Assembly: GCA_017414645.1 (NCBI GenBank)
Contig: JAFQLL010000096.1
Coordinates: 234-64,233 of the forward strand
DNA from: Clostridia bacterium
GTDB lineage: Bacteria > Bacillota > Clostridia > UMGS1883
Direction: 5' to 3'
Length of the DNA stretch: 64,000 nt
Under the pieces are notes generated by a model. The model searched no databases. It saw only the letters and a program-made list of their open reading frames with translations, and was not told where the DNA came from. A program made the position numbers and the translations under genes. Below, one piece after another: positions 60,858 through 64,000 of the stretch. Position 1 is the stretch's first letter; every line of letters begins with the position of its first letter.

Positions 60858-63626
60858 TCAATACTGGAAGCTTCTTATGTATTTACAACGAAGACCGTCG
60901 TTCCATACCATTGTATCGTCGGGCTCTGTTTCCCAGCCGCCTACACCTGTGTTAAGAATAAGACGCATGTTCTTCTGGAAATTGATTGTTGCGTGGTTAT
61001 GTCCTCTCTGGAATAAGTTTCCGTCCACATAGAACTTAACGTAGTCATAGCCCCAATCAAGAGCAAAGGTATGATAGCCTGTTGCAACGTTTATGCTGCT
61101 TGTCTGCTTGCCGAAGAGGTTGTTTTTGTCACCCTCACCGTGAATTGCAGTATGCCAAGCATTGTGTCCGTAGGTTTTCGAAAGTGTTTCAAAAATGTCG
61201 ATTTCAGGTGGCCACGAGTCGCGGCCTGTAAGCCAGAACGCATTCCAATAACCAATGGGGCTGTCAGGCTGCTTGAATGAGCCTTCAAGGTAACACTGTC
61301 TGTTGTAAACCTTGTTCTGAATGCTTACTACGCCAACGTAGCCTGCCCATTTGTACCAGCCGTTTTTACCGAAATCGCCACTGTAGTACTTACCTGTTTC
61401 ACCGCTTAAATCCTTCTGCCAGTCACCCGAGCCGATCTTTGTGGCCTTAAGGAATAATTCACCATTTTCTACAATTACATTGTTCTTGGAAATAAGAGCG
61501 GTAAAGTTATATGAATCGTTTGTGGGATTATTGGCCTTCCATGGGTAGTTTGTCCACCACTGAGAAGAAATGGAGTTTCCGTAGAAGTTGTCGGAAGCAT
61601 GTGCTGTAACTTCGCTGCGCAGATAGAAGGTTGCATTTGCCTTTGCCCACATCTTCCAGGGTTTAGCGTCGCCTGTCTTATAGTCGCTTGTAGTATCGTA
61701 GAGATACTTGTCTTCCATGGCAGTTTTGCCGGAGTTGTAAGACTTAAGATATGTACGGTAGGTATAGGTGTTGCCTGTGTAGTAGCCTACATTTTCAGCA
61801 TCTTCTTTGTAGAATGTTGCTCTTGCATAGAAGCTGCCGTTGTTTTCAAGCTTCTTTAAGTAGAAAGCATCACCCATTTCGGCAACGATGAAGTAACCGG
61901 GCATTGTAACAGCTTCAAAGCTTACGCCTGTGCCGATAAGACCTCTGCGCTCAACAAAACGTGTAATGGCAGGGTTTCTGTCCGCTCTTACGGAAATTAC
62001 ACCGTCAGCACCGTTGTGGTAAACATATCTGCCGTAATAGTCTCCGCTTGATGTGGGATAGCTGGAAAGTCTTGTTGCTTCCAAACGGACAATACCGTTT
62101 ACAGGCTCAATGCCGCCAAGAGAAGCGGGTGTGCGACCTACATCTCTGAGGTTTATATTTGTTACGGTCATTTGTGTTTTTGCACCCACACCTGTGTTAA
62201 AGGAAAGTGTGTTTGCTTCCAACCATGTCCAGGAGCTGTTACGTGTGAGCTCAGCATCGGCATAGTTAAAGTATATAAGCTGTGTTTCTGTGACATTGGA
62301 ATCGCTGACTGTCACATAGCATGTTCTGTTTTCGGGCGATACAAGAAGCGAAAACTTAAGCTTATCGTCCTTATTAAAGGTGTTTTCGAACAGAGCCACA
62401 GGACCTTGTTCGTTAAAATAGTTAGACATTATACGCTTAATTGCTATCTTTCCGCTACCTGCATTGTCAAACCTTAACTGAAGTGCGGAATAATGGTCAA
62501 GATCTGCAGCACCTGTAATAACGCCGTCAGTAAGAGAAATGCCGGAATAGGAAGTGCCTGTTTCGCTACCTGCGATTGTTGAGGGGACCTCTAATTCAAA
62601 GGTGATTTCATAATCGCCTTTGTCAGCAGGAAGCGTGAGCTCCTTCTGAGCCATAACACCGCCTGCACCATCAGTGCCGTCACGGGTTACATTGTCGTAA
62701 AGGTGTACACCATTGCGACCTGTTTCCGCGTAGAGCTGGCCACCCAGAGCAGGATTATAATTTGTATATGTCAATTCGTCGATTGCGTTAATGTGCCAAT
62801 CGTCGTCCATTTCTGCCTTAGTCATAAGCATCTCGCCGCTATTGTCTTTATAGCCGTAAACTTCAACTTCGCTGATGCCTGTTATTGAGCCGCTGTTTGT
62901 GCCGAGAAGCGTTACACGCACATATTTTGCACGAACTTCATTAGCAGCGACAGTCTGAATGGAGTTTGTTTTTTTGCTTACAGTTTCGCCGGCAATTTCT
63001 GTATAGTTTTCACCGTCTTCACTTGCTGAAAGTGAGAACTTATATTCACTCTGGTTACCTGATGCAAATGCAACACCAACACCCGAGAGAATGTAATCGC
63101 CGCTAAGATAAAGGTTGAGGCTTTCATTTGCAGAGGTAACCCCCCATTTTGTATTAAGGTTTCCGTCAACTGCATTTTGGGCAGGGTTTGCCGCATCTTC
63201 AACATTTGTTGCCCATACGTCTTCACCTGTAACTAAAATTTTGTCTCCTGTAAGGCTTTCAACGTATTCACATTCGTCAACAGTCATTTCTGCAGTAGGT
63301 AAAAGTGATTTGGTCCAGACAAAAATCTTCACATTCTCCTGAGAGGATATGTCTGCTACATATGTATTATATACTTCGCTACGAGCTGCTACCGCAACAA
63401 CGTACTTTTCTACCGTTTTAAATGTTCCGTTTGCTTCAAAGCTTGTAAGATACACGTATGCATCTTCTTCTGAGGAGCCGTTATTCTGTATGTTTACAGA
63501 AAACGCCACCTGATCATCTGTTCTTCTGCCTGTAATGTCAACCAGCAGATCATTTGCCGAAGCAGAAATGGTCAGCATCGAGGTTATCATAACCAGGCAT
63601 AAGATGGTTGCTAAAACTTTTTTCAA
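60858..63626 (-). CDS. Secreted multi-module GH16 glycoside hydrolase: Ig-like + F5/8 type C (CBM32-like) + ConA/LamG-like + AbfB/CBM42-like + C-terminal GH16
   Basis: GH16 catalytic strand WPPEIDIFE. NAVDGNLNTKWG (F5/8C). Start proposed at TTG 63626 (SD AAAGGAGAGG 6 nt upstream, giving MKKVLATILCLVMITSMLTISASA). The track ATG 63767 has no SD. Confidence 0.75.
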   Translation of the reverse strand: MKKVLATILCLVMITSMLTISASANDLLVDITGRRTDDQVAFSVNIQNNGSSEEDAYVYLTSFEANGTFKTVEKYVVAVAARSEVYNTYVADISSQENVKIFVWTKSLLPTAEMTVDECEYVESLTGDKILVTGEDVWATNVEDAANPAQNAVDGNLNTKWGVTSANESLNLYLSGDYILSGVGVAFASGNQSEYKFSLSASEDGENYTEIAGETVSKKTNSIQTVAANEVRAKYVRVTLLGTNSGSITGISEVEVYGYKDNSGEMLMTKAEMDDDWHINAIDELTYTNYNPALGGQLYAETGRNGVHLYDNVTRDGTDGAGGVMAQKELTLPADKGDYEITFELEVPSTIAGSETGTSYSGISLTDGVITGAADLDHYSALQLRFDNAGSGKIAIKRIMSNYFNEQGPVALFENTFNKDDKLKFSLLVSPENRTCYVTVSDSNVTETQLIYFNYADAELTRNSSWTWLEANTLSFNTGVGAKTQMTVTNINLRDVGRTPASLGGIEPVNGIVRLEATRLSSYPTSSGDYYGRYVYHNGADGVISVRADRNPAITRFVERRGLIGTGVSFEAVTMPGYFIVAEMGDAFYLKKLENNGSFYARATFYKEDAENVGYYTGNTYTYRTYLKSYNSGKTAMEDKYLYDTTSDYKTGDAKPWKMWAKANATFYLRSEVTAHASDNFYGNSISSQWWTNYPWKANNPTNDSYNFTALISKNNVIVENGELFLKATKIGSGDWQKDLSGETGKYYSGDFGKNGWYKWAGYVGVVSIQNKVYNRQCYLEGSFKQPDSPIGYWNAFWLTGRDSWPPEIDIFETLSKTYGHNAWHTAIHGEGDKNNLFGKQTSSINVATGYHTFALDWGYDYVKFYVDGNLFQRGHNHATINFQKNMRLILNTGVGGWETEPDDTMVWNDGLRCKYIRSFQY

Positions 63627-64000
63627 TTTTATCCTCTCCTTTTTAAAAATTTCCCTCATTATAGATAATAACAACGATTGTACAATTTGTCTATAAAAAC
63701 TTTTATTTCCAACACAATTTTGTAAAATATGTACAATTTCACGCTCAAAAACGCCCATTTTTAACATTTTATGGTAATTTTATTTGATTTTGCACAGTGC
63801 AAAACGGTATGTTCGAAGCACAAAACGGCACGTGCAATCATGCCAAAACCCTTTGATATGGCTATTATCTCAACAAAAAAAGCAGAATACAAAAAGGTAT
63901 CCTGCTTTGGTGCAAAATTGCTTTGCATTATTTATGTGCAATTTTTATACTCTTATATTTTCCCTATGTTGTGAAATACTTTTCAATATATTATAGGTAG

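Noticed and set aside
63874-63906. Hairpin AGCAGAATAC-aaaaag-GTATCCTGCT with a T-run on the minus strand near the right edge
   Set aside because: It is terminator-like, but no minus-strand coding sequence is visible between it and the window end, and the stem has a mismatch. I cannot tie it to a gene from this window.
1-64000. Search for CRISPR arrays, tRNA/rRNA genes, prophage or defence-system genes
   Set aside because: I saw no regularly spaced direct repeats with unique spacers, no tRNA cloverleaf or T-loop (GGTTCGAAT-type) segments, no rRNA-like conserved blocks, and no nuclease, helicase or methylase genes typical of defence islands. This was manual inspection only; tRNAscan, Infernal and DefenseFinder should confirm it.

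Overview
This 64-kb chromosomal window looks like it comes from a spore-forming, S-layer-bearing Firmicute. The Clostridia-like assignment is an inference from spoIIE, dpaA/dpaB, mecA, an SLH protein and walRK-yycHI.

Housekeeping genes: tal (partial), coaX, metA, tcdA, galT and an ABC-F ATPase.

These are interleaved with four kinds of accessory content:
1. A rhamnogalacturonan-I (pectin) utilisation island at 24.9-37.9 kb. It holds an AraC regulator, a PL11 lyase, a PL11-CE12-CE12 fusion enzyme, a GH105, an orphan cytoplasmic beta-propeller and a ricin-type lectin. A further GH105 lies at 7.9 kb and a rhaB-rhaA-rhaD rhamnose catabolic operon at 51.7-55.1 kb.
2. Very large secreted multi-module proteins (1359, 1115 and about 920 aa, the last with a GH16 domain). 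They share uncharacterised modules. One of them is followed by a 52-aa hyper-acidic micro-ORF.
3. Small mobile or repeat elements: an IS200/RAYT-like HUH-Y1 transposase bracketed by two 69-bp palindromic units; a 178-nt structured repeat present twice; two arrays of GATAT-plus-hairpin units in gene leaders, one of which splits walR from walK; and an orphan promoter-terminator pair (sRNA candidate).
4. A self-contained PqqD(RRE)-ABC exporter operon with no modifying enzyme, next to small ORFs, one of which is frame-disrupted.

I saw no rRNA, tRNA or CRISPR array.

All coordinates, starts, repeats and stems come from manual reading. Family assignments are motif-based and need HMM or BLAST confirmation.
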